Assembly: GCA_964016885.1 (NCBI GenBank)
Contig: OZ024747.1
Span: forward strand, 35,278,001-35,342,000
DNA from: Eledone cirrhosa
Lineage: Eukaryota
DNA: 64,000 bases
Direction of reading: 5' to 3'
Positions 1 through 15,000 of the stretch are shown in pieces (the stretch's first letter is position 1; each line of letters begins with the position of its first letter). The translations under genes were made by a program, and so were the position numbers. The notes under the pieces are model-generated. The model did not search any database. It worked only from the letters and a program-made list of their open reading frames with translations, and was not told the origin of the DNA.

Positions 1-3000
1 TTACTGCAACACAAATAAACTAATGTCTTTACTCCAGTATCACTGTTACTGCAACACAAATAAACTAATGTCTTTGCTCCAGTATCACTATTACTAAAAC
101 ACAAATAAACTAATGTATTTGCTCCAGTATCACTGTTACTGCAACACAAATAAACTAATGTCTTTACTCCAGTATCACTGTTACTGCAACACAAATAATC
201 TAATGTCTTTGCTCCAGTATCACTATTACTAAAACACAAATAAACTAATGTATTTGCTCCAGTATCACTGTTACTGCAACACAAATAAACTAATGTCTTT
301 ACTCCAGTATCACTGTTACTGCAACACAAATAATCTAATGTCTTTGCTCCAGTATCACTATTACTAAAACACAAATAAACTAATGTATTTGCTCCAGTAT
401 CACTGTTACTGCAACACAAATAAATTAATGTCTTTCCTCCAGTATAACTGTTACTGCAGCACAAATAATCTAATGTCTTTACTCCAGTATCACTGTTACT
501 GCAACACAAATAAACTAATGTCTTTACTCCAGTATCACTGTTACTGCAACACAAATAAACTAATGTCTTTGCTCCAGTATCACTATTACTAAAACACAAA
601 TAAACTAATGTATTTGCTCCAGTATCACTGTTACTGCAACACAAATAAACTAATGTCTTTACTCCAGTATCACTATTACTGCAACACAAATAAACTAATG
701 TCTTTGCTCCAGTATCACTATTACTAAAACACAAATAAACTAATGTATTTGCTCCAGTATCACTGTTACTGCAACACAAATAAATTAATGTCTTTCCTCC
801 AGTATCACTGTTACTGCAGCACAAATAAACTAATGTCTTTACTCCAGTATCACTGTTACTGCAACACAAATAAACTAATGTCTTTACTCCAGTATCACTG
901 TTACTGCAACACAAATAAACTAATGTCTTTGCTCCAGTATCACTATTACTAAAACACAAATAAACTAATGTCATTGCTCCAGTATCACTGTTATTGCAAC
1001 ACAAATAAACTAATGTCTTTACTCCAGTATCACTGTTACTGCAACATAAATAAACTAATGTCTTTACTCCAGTATCACTGTTACTGCAACACAAATAAAC
1101 TAATGTCATTGCTCCAGTATCACTGTTACTGAAACACAAATAAACTAAAGTCTTTGCTCCAGTATCACTGTTACTGCAACACAAATAAACTAATGTCTTT
1201 ACTCCAGTATCACTATTACTAAAACAAATAAACTAATGTCATTGCTCCAGTATCACTATTACTGCAACACAAATATACTAATGTCTTTACTCCAGTATCA
1301 CTGTTACTGAAACACAAATAAACTAATGTCTTTACTCCAGTATCGCTGTTACTGCAGCACAAATAAATTAATGTCTTTCCTCCAGTATCACTGTTACTGC
1401 AGCACAAATAAACTAATGTACTTACTCCAGTATCACTGTTACTGCAACACAAATAAACCAATGTATTTACTCCAGTATCACTGTTACTGCAACACAAATA
1501 AACTAATGTCTTTACTCCAGTATCACTGATACTGCAACACAAATAAACTAAGGTCTTTGCTCCAGTATCACTGTTACTGCAGCACAAATAAACTAATGTC
1601 TTTACTCCAGTATCACTGTTACTGCAACACAAATAAACTAATGTATTTACTCCAGTATCACTGTTACTGCAACACAAATAAACTAATGTCTGTACTCCAG
1701 TATCACTGATACTGCAACACAAATAAACTAAGGTCTTTGCTCTAGTATCACTGTTACTGCAGCACAAATAAACTAATGTCTTTACTCCAGTATCACTGTT
1801 ATTGCAACACAAATAATCTAATGTCTTTACTCCAGTATGACTGTTACTGCTACACAAATAAACTAATGTCTTTGCTCCAGTATCACTATTACTAAAACAC
1901 AAATAAACTAATGTATTTGCTCCAGTATCACTGTTACTGCAACACAAATAAACTAACGTCTTTACTCCAGTATCACTGTTACTGCAACACAAATAAACTA
2001 ATGTCTTTACTCCAGTATCACTGCCACTGCAACACAAATAAACTAATGTCTTTACTCCAGTATCGCTGTTACTACAGCACAAATAAACTAATGTCTTTAC
2101 TCCAGTATCACTATTACTGCAACACAAATAAACTAATGTCTTTGCTCCAGTATCACTGTTACTGCAGCACGAATAAACTAATGTATTTACTCCAGTATCA
2201 CTATTACTAAAACACAAATAAACTAATGTTTTTGCTCCAGTATCACTGTTACTGCAGCACGAATAAACTAATGTATTTACTCCAGTATCACTATTACGGC
2301 AACACAAATAAACTAAGGTCTTTGCTGCAGTATCACTGTTACTGCAGCACAAATAATCTAATGTCTTTACTCCAGTATGACTGTTACTGCAACACAAATA
2401 AACTAATGTCTTTACTCCAGTATCACTATTACTAAAACACAATTAAACTAACGTATTTGCTCCAGTATCACTGTTACTGCAACACAAATAAACTAATGTC
2501 TTTGCTCCAGTATCACTGTTACTGCAACACAAATAAATTAATGTCTTTGCTCCAGTATCACTATTACTGCAACACAAATAAACTAATGTCTTTGCTCCAG
2601 TATCACTATTACTGCAACACAAATAAACTAATGTCATTGCTCCAATATTACTATTACTGCAACACAAATAAACTAACGTCTTTACTCCAGTATCACTATT
2701 ACTGCAACACAAATAAACTAATGTCTTTACTCCAGTATCACTGTTACTGCAACACAAATAAACTAATGTCTTTACTCCAGTATCACTGTTACTGCAACAC
2801 AAATAAACTAATGTCTTTACTCCAGTATCACTGTTACTGCAACACAAATAAACTAATGTCTTTACTCCAGTATCACTGTTACTGCAACACAAATAAACTA
2901 ATGTCTTTACTCCAGTATCACTGTTAATGCAACACAAATAAACTAATGTCTTTACTCCAGTATCACTGTTACTGCAACACAAATATACTAATGTCTTTAC

Positions 3001-6000
3001 TCCAGTATCACTGTTACTGCAACACAAATAAACTAATGTCTTTACTCCAGTATCATTGTTATTGCAACACAAATAAACTAATGTCTTTACTCCAGTATCA
3101 CTGTTACTGCAACACAAATAAACTAATGTCTTTGCTCCAGTATCACTATTACTAAAACACAAATAAACTAATGTATTTGCTCCAGTATCACTGTTACTGC
3201 AACACATATAAATTAATGTCTTTCCTCCAGTATCACTGTTACTGCAGCACAACTAATCTAATGTCTTTACTCCAGTATCACTGTTACTGCAACACAAATA
3301 AACTAATGTCTTTACTCCAGTATCACTGTTACTGCAACACAAATAAACTAATGTCTTTGCTCCAGTATCACTATTACTAAAACACAAATAAACTAATGTA
3401 TTTGCTCCAGTATCACTGTTACTGCAACACAAATAAACTAATGTCTTTACTCCAGTATCACTATTACTGCAACACAAATAAACTAATGTCTTTGCTCCAG
3501 TATCACTATTACTAAAACACAAATAAACTAATGTATTTGCTCCAGTAACACTGTTACTGCAACACAAATAAATTAATGTCTTTCCTCCAGTATCACTGTT
3601 ACTGCAGCACAAATAAACTAATGTCTTTACTCCAGTATCACTGTTACTGCAACACAAATAAACTAATGTCTTTACTCCAGTATCACTGTTACTGCAACAC
3701 AAATAAACTAATGTCTTTGCTCCAGTATCACTATTACTAAAACACAAATAAACTAATGTCATTGCTCCAGTATCACTGTTATTGCAACACAAATAAACTA
3801 ATGTCTTTACTCCAGTATCACTGTTACTGCAACATAAATAAACTAATGTCTTTACTCCAGTATCACTGTTACTGCAACACAAATAAACTAATGTCATTGC
3901 TCCAGTATCACTGTTACTGCAACACAAATAATCTAATGTCTTTGCTCCAGTATCACTATTACTAAAACACAAATAAACTAATGTATTTGCTCCAGTATCA
4001 CTGTTACTGCAACACAAATAAACTAATGTCTTTACTCCAGTATCACTATTACTGCAACACAAATAAACTAATGTCTTTGCTCCAGTATCACTATTACTAA
4101 AACACAAATAAACTAATGTATTTGCTCCAGTATCACTGTTACTGCAACACAAATAAATTAATCTCTTTCCTCCAGTATCACTGTTACTGCAGCACAAATA
4201 AACTAATGTCTTTACTCCAGTATCACTGTTACTGCAACACAAATAAACTAATGTCTTTACTCCAGTATCACTGTTACTGCAACACAAATAAACTAATGTC
4301 TTTGCTCCAGTATCACTATTACTAAAACACAAATAAACTAATGTCATTGCTCCAGTATCACTGTTATTGCAACACAAATAAACTAATGTCTTTACTCCAG
4401 TATCACTGTTACTGCAACATAAATAAACTAATGTCGTTACTCCAGTATCACTGTTACTGCAACACAAATAAACTAATGTCATTGCTCCAGTATCACTGTT
4501 ACTGAAACACAAATAAACTAAAGTCTTTGCTCCAGTATCACTGTTACTGCAACACAAATAAACTAATGTCTTTACTCCAGTATCACTATTACTAAAACAA
4601 ATAAACTAATGTCATTGCTCCAGTATCACTATTACTGCAACACAAATATACTAATGTCTTTACTCCAGTATCACTGTTACTGAAACACAAATAAACTAAT
4701 GTCTTTACTCCAGTATCGCTGTTACTGCAGCACAAATAAATTAATGTCTTTCCTCCAGTATCACTGTTACTGCAGCACAAATAAACTAATGTACTTACTC
4801 CAGTATCACTGTTACTGCAACACAAATAAACCAATGTATTTACTCCAGTATCACTGTTACTGCAACACAAATAAACTAATGTCTTTACTCCAGTATCACT
4901 GATACTGCAACACAAATAAACTAAGGTCTTTGCTCCAGTATCACTGTTACTGCAGCACAAATAAACTAATGTCTTTACTCCAGTATCACTGTTACTGCAA
5001 CACAAATAAACTAATGTATTTACTCCAGTATCACTGTTACTGCAACACAAATAAACTAATGTCTGTACACCAGTATCACTGATACTGCAACACAAATAAA
5101 CTAAGGTCTTTGCTCTAGTATCACTGTTACTGCAGCACAAATAAACTAATGTCTTTACTCCAGTATCACTGTTATTGCAACACAAATAATCTAATGTCTT
5201 TACTCCAGTATGACTGTTACTGCTACACAAATAAACTAATGTCTTTGCTCCAGTATCACTATTACTAAAACACAAATAAACTAATGTATTTGCTCCAGTA
5301 TCACTGTTACTGCAACACAAATAAACTAACGTCTTTACTCCAGTATCAGTGTTACTGCAACACAAATAAACTAATGTATTTACTCCAGTATCACTGCCAC
5401 TGCAACACAAATAAACTAATGTCTTTACTCCAGTATCGCTGTTACTACAGCACAAATAAACTAATGTCTTTACTCCAGTATCACTATTACTGCAACACAA
5501 ATAAACTAATGTCTTTGCTCCAGTATCACTGTTACTGCAGCACGAATAAACTAATGTATTTACTCCAGTATCACTATTACTAAAACACAAATAAACTAAT
5601 GTTTTTGCTCCAGTATCACTGTTACTGCAGCACGAATAAACTAATGTATTTACTCCAGTATCACTATTACGGCAACACAAATAAACTAAGGTCTTTGCTG
5701 CAGTATCACTGTTACTGCAGCACAAATAATCTAATGTCTTTACTCCAGTATGACTGTTACTGCAACACAAATAAACTAATGTCTTTACTCCAGTATCACT
5801 ATTACTAAAACACAATTAAACTAACGTATTTGCTCCAGTATCACTGTTACTGCAACACAAATAAACTAATGTCTTTGCTCCAGTATCACTGTTACTGCAA
5901 CACAAATAAATTAATGTCTTTGCTCCAGTATCACTATTACTGCAACACAAATAAACTAATGTCTTTGCTCCAGTATCACTATTACTGCAACACAAATAAA

Positions 6001-9000
6001 CTAATGTCATTGCTCCAATATTACTATTACTGCAACACAAATAAACTAACGTCTTTACTCCAGTATCACTATTACTGCAACACAAATAAACTAATGTCTT
6101 TACTCCAGTATCACTGTTACTGCAACACAAATAAACTAATGTCTTTACTCCAGTATCACTGTTACTGCAACACAAATAAACTAATGTCTTTACTCCAGTA
6201 TCACTGTTACTGCAACACAAATAAACTAATGTCTTTACTCCAGTATCACTGTTACTGCAACACAAATAAACCAATGTCTTTACTCCAGTATCACTGTTAA
6301 TGCAACACAAATAAACTAATGTCTTTACTCCAGTATCACTGTTACTGCAACACAAATATACTAATGTCTTTACTCCAGTATCACTGTTACTGCAACACAA
6401 ATAAACTAATGTCTTTACTCCAGTATCATTGTTATTGCAACACAAATAAACTAATGTCTTTACTCCAGTATCACTGTTACTGCAACACAAATAAACTAAT
6501 GTCTTTGCTCCAGTATCACTATTACTAAAACACAAATAAACTAATGTATTTGCTCCAGTATCACTGTTACTGCAACACATATAAATTAATGTCTTTCCTC
6601 CAGTATCACTGTTACTGCAGCACAACTAATCTAATGTCTTTACTCCAGTATCACTGTTACTGCAACACAAATAAACTAATGTCTTTACTCCAGTATCACT
6701 GTTACTGCAACACAAATAAACTAATGTCTTTGCTCCAGTATCACTATTACTAAAACACAAATAAACTAATGTATTTGCTCCAGTATCACTGTTACTGCAA
6801 CACAAATAAACTAATGTCTTTACTCCAGTATCACTATTACTGCAACACAAATAAACTAATGTCTTTGCTCCAGTATCACTATTACTAAAACACAAATAAA
6901 CTAATGTATTTGCTCCAGTAACACTGTTACTGCAACACAAATAAATTAATGTCTTTCCTCCAGTATCACTGTTACTGCAGCACAAATAAACTAATGTCTT
7001 TACTCCAGTATCACTGTTACTGCAACACAAATAAACTAATGTCTTTACTCCAGTATCACTGTTACTGCAACACAAATAAACTAATGTCTTTGCTCCAGTA
7101 TCACTATTACTAAAACACAAATAAACTAATGTCATTGCTCCAGTATCACTGTTATTGCAACACAAATAAACTAATGTCTTTACTCCAGTATCACTGTTAC
7201 TGCACCATAAATAACCTAATGTCTTTACTCCAGTATCACTGTTACTGCAACACAAATAAACTAATGTCATTGCTCCAGTATCACTGTTACTGAAACACAA
7301 ATAAACTAAAGTCTTTGCTCCAGTATCACTGTTACTGCAACACAAATAAACTAATGTCTTTACTCCAGTATCACTATTACTAAAACAAATAAACTAATGT
7401 CATTGCTCCAGTATCACTATTACTGCAACACAAATATACTAATGTCTTTACTCCAGTATCACTGTTACTGAAACACAAATAAACAAATGTCTTTACTCCA
7501 GTATCACTGTTACTGCAGCACAAATAAACTAATGTCTTTACTCCAGTATCACAGTTACTGCAGCACAAATAAACTAATGTCTTTACTCCAGTGTCACTGT
7601 TACTGCAACACAAATAAACTAATGTCTTTACTCCAGTATCACTGCCACTGCAACACAAATAAACTAATATCTTTACTCCAGTATCGCTGTTACTGCAGCA
7701 CAAATAAATTAATGTCTTTCCTCCAGTATCACTGTTACTGCAGCACAAATAAACTAATGTATTTACTCCAGTATCACTGTTACTGCAACACAAATAAACC
7801 AATGTATTTACTCCAGTATCACTGTTACTGCAACACAAATAAACTAATGTCTTTACTCCAGTATCACTGATACTGCAACACAAATAAACTAAGGTCTTTG
7901 CTCCAGTATCACTGTTACTGCAGCACAAATAAACTAATGTCTTTACTCCAGTATCACTGTTACTGCAACACAAATAAACTAATGTATTTACTCCAGTATC
8001 ACTGTTACTGCAACACAAATAAACTAATGTCTGTACTCCAGTATCACTGATACTGCAACACAAATAAACTAAGGTCTTTGCTCCAGTATCACTTGTACTG
8101 CGGCACAAATAAACTAATGTCTTTACTCCAGTATCACTGTTATTGCAACACAAATAATCTAATGTCTTTACTCCAGTATGACTGTTACTGCTACACAAAT
8201 AAACTAATGTCTTTGCTCCAGTATCACTATTACTAAAACACAAATAAACTAATGTATTTGCTCCAGTATCACTGTCACTGCAACACAAATAAACTAACGT
8301 CTTTACTCCAGTATCACTGTTACTGCAACACAAATAAACTAACGTCGTTACTCCAGTATCACTGTTACTGCAACACAAATAAACTAATGTCTTTACTCCA
8401 GTATCACTGATACTGCAACACAAATAAACTAATGTCTTTACTCCAGTATCACTGATACTGCAACACAAATAAACTAATGTCTTTACTCCAGTATCACTGT
8501 TACTGCAACACAAATAAACTAATGTCTTTACTCCAGTATCACTGTTAATGCAACACAAATAAACTAATGTCTTTACTCCAGTATTACTGTTACTGCAACA
8601 CAAATAAACTAATGTCTTTGCTCCAGTATCACTATTACTAAAACACAAATAAACTAATGTATTTGCTCCAGTATCACTGTGACTGCAACACAAATAATCT
8701 AACGTTTTTACTCCAGTATCACTATTACTAAAACACAAATAAACTAATGTTTTTGCTCCAGTATCACTGTTACTGCAGCACGAATAAACTAATGTATTTA
8801 CTCCAGTATCACTATTACGGCAACACAAATAAACTAAGGTCTTTGCTGCAGTATCACTGTTACTGCAGCACAAATAATCTAATGTCTTTACTCCAGTATG
8901 ACTGTTACTGCAACACAAATAAACTAATGTCTTTACTCCAGTATCACTATTACTATAACACAAATAAACTAACGTATTTGCTCCAGTATCACTGTTACTG

Positions 9001-12000
9001 CAACACAAATAAACTAATGTCTTTGCTCCAGTATCACTGTTACTGCAACACAAATAAACTAATGTCTTTGCTCCAGTATTGCTGTTACTGCAACACAAAT
9101 AAACTAATGTCTTTACTCCAGTATCACTATTACTGCAACACAAATAAACTAAAGTCTTTGCTCCAATATCACTGTTACTGCAACACAAATAAACTAATGT
9201 CATTGCTCCAGTATCACTATTACTGCAACACAAATAAACTAATGTCATTGCTCCAGTATTACTATTACTGCAACACAAATAAACTAATGTGTTTGCTCCA
9301 GTATCACTATTACTGCAACACAAATAAATTAATGTCATTGCTCCAGTATTACTATTACTGCAACACAAATAAACTAATGTCTTTGCTCCAGTATCACTGT
9401 TACTGCAACACAAATAAACTAATGTCATTGCTCCAATATTACTATTACTGCAACACAAATAAACAAACGTCTTTACTCCAGTATCACTATTACTGCAACA
9501 CAAATAAACTAATGTCTTTACTCCAGTATCACTGTTACTGCAACACAAATAAACTAATGTCTTTACTCCAGTATCACTGTTACTGCAACACAAATAAACT
9601 AATGTCTTTACTCCAGTATCACTGTTACTGCAACACAAATAAACTAATGTCTTTACTCCAGTATCACTGTTACTGCAACACAAATAAACTAATGTCTTTG
9701 CTCCAGTATCACTATTACTAAAACACAAATAAACTAATGTATTTGCTCCAGTATCACTGTTACTGCAACACAAATAAACTAATGTCCTTACTCCAGTATC
9801 ACTGTTACTGCAACACAAATAAACTAATGTCTTTGCTCCAGTATCACTATTACTAAAACACAAATAAACTAATGTATTTGCTCCAGTATCACTGTTACTG
9901 CAACACAAATAAATTAATGTCTTTCCTCCAGTATCACTGTTACTGCAGCACAAATAAACTAATGTCTTTACTCCAGTATCACTGTTACTGCAACACAAAT
10001 AAACTAATGTCTTTACTCCAGTATCACTGTTACTGCAACACAAATAAACTAATGTCTTTGCTCCAGTATCACTATTACTAAAACACAAATAAACTAATGT
10101 CATTGCTCCAGTATCACTGTTATTGCAACACAAATAAACTAATGTCTTTACTCCAGTATCACTGCTACTGCAACATAAATAAACTAATGTCTTTACTCCA
10201 GTATCACTGTTACTGCAACACAAATAGACTAATGTCATTGCTCCAGTATCACTGTTACTGAAACACAAATAAACTAAAGTCTTTGCTCCAGTATCACTGT
10301 TACTGCAACACAAATAAACTAATGTCTTTACTCCAGTATCACTATTACTAAAACACAAATAAACTAACGTCATTGCTCCAGTATCACTATTACTGCAACA
10401 CAAATATACTAATGTCTTTACTCGAGTATCACTGTTACTGCAACACAAATAAACTAATGTCTTTACTCCAGTATCACTGTTACTGCAGCACAAATAAACT
10501 AATGTCTTTTCTCCAGTATCACAGTTACTGCAGCACAAATAAACTAATATCTTTACTCCAGTGTCACTGTTACTGCAACACAAATAAACTAATGTCTTTA
10601 CTCCAGTATCACTGATACTGCAACACAAATAAACTAATGTCTTTACTCCAGTATCACTGATACTGCAACACAAATAAACTAATGTCTTTACTCCAGTATC
10701 ACTGTTACTGCAACACAAATAAACTAATGTCTTTACTCCAGTATCACTGTTAATGCAACACAAATAAACTAATGTCTTTACTCCAGTATTACTGTTACTG
10801 CAACACAAATAAACTAATGTCTTTGCTCCAGTATCACTATTACTAAAACACAAATAAACTAATGTATTTGCTCCAGTATCACTGTGACTGCAACACAAAT
10901 AATCTAATGTATTTACTCCAGTATCACTATTACTAAAACACAAATAAACTAATGTTTTTGCTCCAGTATCACTGTTACTGCAGCACGAATAAACTAATGT
11001 ATTTACTCCAGTATCACTATTACGGCAACACAAATAAACTAAGGTCTTTGCTGCAGTATCACTGTTACTGCAGCACAAATAATCTAATGTCTTTACTCCA
11101 GTATGACTGTTACTGCAACACAAATAAACTAATGTCTTTACTCCAGTATCACTATTACTAAAACACAAATAAACTAACGTATTTGCTCCAGTATCACTGT
11201 TACTGCAACACAAATAAACTAATGTCTTTGCTCCAGTATCACTGTTACTGCAACACAAATAAACTAATGTCTTTTCTCCAGTATTGCTGTTACTGCAACA
11301 CAAATAAACTAATGTATTTACTCCAGTATCACTATTACTGCAACACAAATAAACTAAAGTCTTTGCTCCAGTATCACTGTTACTGCAACACAAATAAACT
11401 AATGTCATTGCTCCAGTATCACTATTACTGCAACACAAATAAACTAATGTCATTGCTCCAGTATTACTATTACTGCAACACAAATAAACTAATGTCTTTG
11501 CTCCAGTATCACTGTTACTGCAACACAAATAAATTAATGTATTTGCTCCAGTATCACTATTACTGCAACACAAATAAACTAATGTCTTTGCTCCAGTATC
11601 ACTATTACTGCAACACAAATAAATTAATGTCATTGCTCCAGTATTACTATTACTGCAACACAAATAAACTAATGTCTTTGCTCCAGTATCACTGTTACTG
11701 CAACACAAATAAACTAATGTCATTGCTCCAATATTACTATTACTGCAACACAAATAAACTAACGTCATTGCTCCAGTATCACTATTACTGCAACACAAAT
11801 ATACTAATGTCTTTACTCGAGTATCACTGTTACTGCAACACAAATAAACTAATGTCTTTACTCCAGTATCACTGTTACTGCAGCACAAATAAACTAATGT
11901 CTTTTCTCCAGTATCACAGTTACTGCAGCACAAATAAACTAATATCTTTACTCCAGTGTCACTGTTACTGCAACACAAATAAACTAATGTCTTTACTCCA

Positions 12001-15000
12001 GTATCACTGATACTGCAACACAAATAAACTAATGTCTTTACTCCAGTATCACTGATACTGCAACACAAATAAACTAATGTCTTTACTCCAGTATCACTGT
12101 TACTGCAACACAAATAAACTAATGTCTTTACTCCAGTATCACTGTTAATGCAACACAAATAAACTAATGTCTTTACTCCAGTATTACTGTTACTGCAACA
12201 CAAATAAACTAATGTCTTTGCTCCAGTATCACTATTACTAAAACACAAATAAACTAATGTATTTGCTCCAGTATCACTGTGACTGCAACACAAATAATCT
12301 AATGTATTTACTCCAGTATCACTATTACTAAAACACAAATAAACTAATGTTTTTGCTCCAGTATCACTGTTACTGCAGCACGAATAAACTAATGTATTTA
12401 CTCCAGTATCACTATTACGGCAACACAAATAAACTAAGGTCTTTGCTGCAGTATCACTGTTACTGCAGCACAAATAATCTAATGTCTTTACTCCAGTATG
12501 ACTGTTACTGCAACACAAATAAACTAATGTCTTTACTCCAGTATCACTATTACTAAAACACAAATAAACTAACGTATTTGCTCCAGTATCACTGTTACTG
12601 CAACACAAATAAACTAATGTCTTTGCTCCAGTATCACTGTTACTGCAACACAAATAAACTAATGTCTTTTCTCCAGTATTGCTGTTACTGCAACACAAAT
12701 AAACTAATGTATTTACTCCAGTATCACTATTACTGCAACACAAATAAACTAAAGTCTTTGCTCCAGTATCACTGTTACTGCAACACAAATAAACTAATGT
12801 CATTGCTCCAGTATCACTATTACTGCAACACAAATAAACTAATGTCATTGCTCCAGTATTACTATTACTGCAACACAAATAAACTAATGTCTTTGCTCCA
12901 GTATCACTGTTACTGCAACACAAATAAATTAATGTATTTGCTCCAGTATCACTATTACTGCAACACAAATAAACTAATGTCTTTGCTCCAGTATCACTAT
13001 TACTGCAACACAAATAAATTAATGTCATTGCTCCAGTATTACTATTACTGCAACACAAATAAACTAATGTCTTTGCTCCAGTATCACTGTTACTGCAACA
13101 CAAATAAACTAATGTCATTGCTCCAATATTACTATTACTGCAACACAAATAAACTAACGTCTTTACTCCAGTATCACTATTACTGCAACACAAATAAACT
13201 AATGTCTTTACTCCAGTATCACTGTTACTGCAACACAAATAAACTAATGTCTTTACTCCAGTATCACTGTTACTGCAACACAAATAAACTAATGTCTTTA
13301 CTCCAGTATCACTGTTACTACAACACAAATAAACTAATGTCTTTACTCCAGTATCACTGTTACTGCAACACAAATAAACTAATGTCTTTGCTCCAGTATC
13401 ACTATTACTAAAACACAAATAAACTAATGTATTTGCTCCAGTATCACTGTTACTGCAACACAAATAAACTAATGTCTTTACTCCAGTATCACTGTTACTG
13501 CAACACAAATAAACTAATGTCTTTACTCCAGTATCACTGTTACTGCAACACAAATAAACTAATGTCTTTACTCCAGTATCACTGTTACTGCAACACAAAT
13601 AAACTAATGTCTTTGCTCCAGTATCACTATTACTAAAACACAAATAAACTAATGCCATTGCTCCAGTATCACTGTTATTGCAACACAAATAAACTAATGT
13701 CTTTACTCCAGTATCACTGTTACTGCAACATAAATAAACTAATGTCTTTACTCCAGTATCACTGTTACTGCAACACAAATAGACTAATGTCATTGCTCCA
13801 GTATCACTGTTACTGAAACACAAATAAACTAAAGTCTTTGCTCCAGTATCACTGTTACTGCAACACAAATAAACTAATGTCTTTACTCCAGTATCACTAT
13901 TACTAAAACACAAATAAACTAACGTCATTGCTCCAGTATCACTATTACTGCAACACAAATATACTAATGTCTTTACTCGAGTATCACTGTTACTGCAACA
14001 CAAATAAACTAATGTCTTTACTCCAGTATCACTGTTACTGCAGCACAAATAAACTAATGTCTTTACTCCAGTATCACAGTTACTGCAGCACAAATAAACT
14101 AATATCTTTACTCCAGTGTCACTGTTACTGCAACACAAATAAACTAATGTCTTTACTCCAGTATCACTGCCACTGCAACACAAATAAACTAATATCTTTA
14201 CTCCAGTATCGCTGTTACTGCAGCACAAATAAACTAATGTCTTTACTCCAGTATCACTATTACTGCAACACAAATAAACTAATGTCTTTGCTCCAGTATC
14301 ACTGTTACTGCAGCACGAATAAACTAATGTATTTACTCCAGTATCACTGTTACTGCAGCACAAATAAATTAATGTCTTTCCTCCAGTATCACTGTTACTG
14401 CAGCACAAATAAACTAATGTATGTACTCCAGTATCACTGTTACTGCAACACAAATAAACTAATGTATTTACTCCAGTATCACTGTTACTGCAACACAAAT
14501 AAACTAATGTCTTTACTCCAGTATCACTGATACTGCAACACAAATAAACTAAGGTCTTTGCTCCAGTATCACTGTTACTGCAGCACAAATAAACTAATGT
14601 CTTTACTCCAGTATCACTGTTACTGCAACACAAATAAACTAATGTATTTACTCCAGTATCACTGTTACTGCAACACAAATAAACTAATGTCTGTACTCCA
14701 GTATCACTGATACTGCAACACAAATAAACTAAGGTCTTTGCTCCAGTATCACTGTTACTGCAGCACAAATAAACTAATGTCTTTACTCCAGTATCACTGT
14801 TATTGCAACACAAATAATCTAATGTCTTTACTCCAGTATGACTGTTACTGCTACACAAATAAACTAATGTCTTTGCTCCAGTATCACTATTACTAAAACA
14901 CAAATAAACTAATGTATTTGCTCCAGTATCACTGTTACTGCAACACAAATAAACTAACGTCTTTACTCCAGTATCACTGTTACTGCAACACAAATAAACT

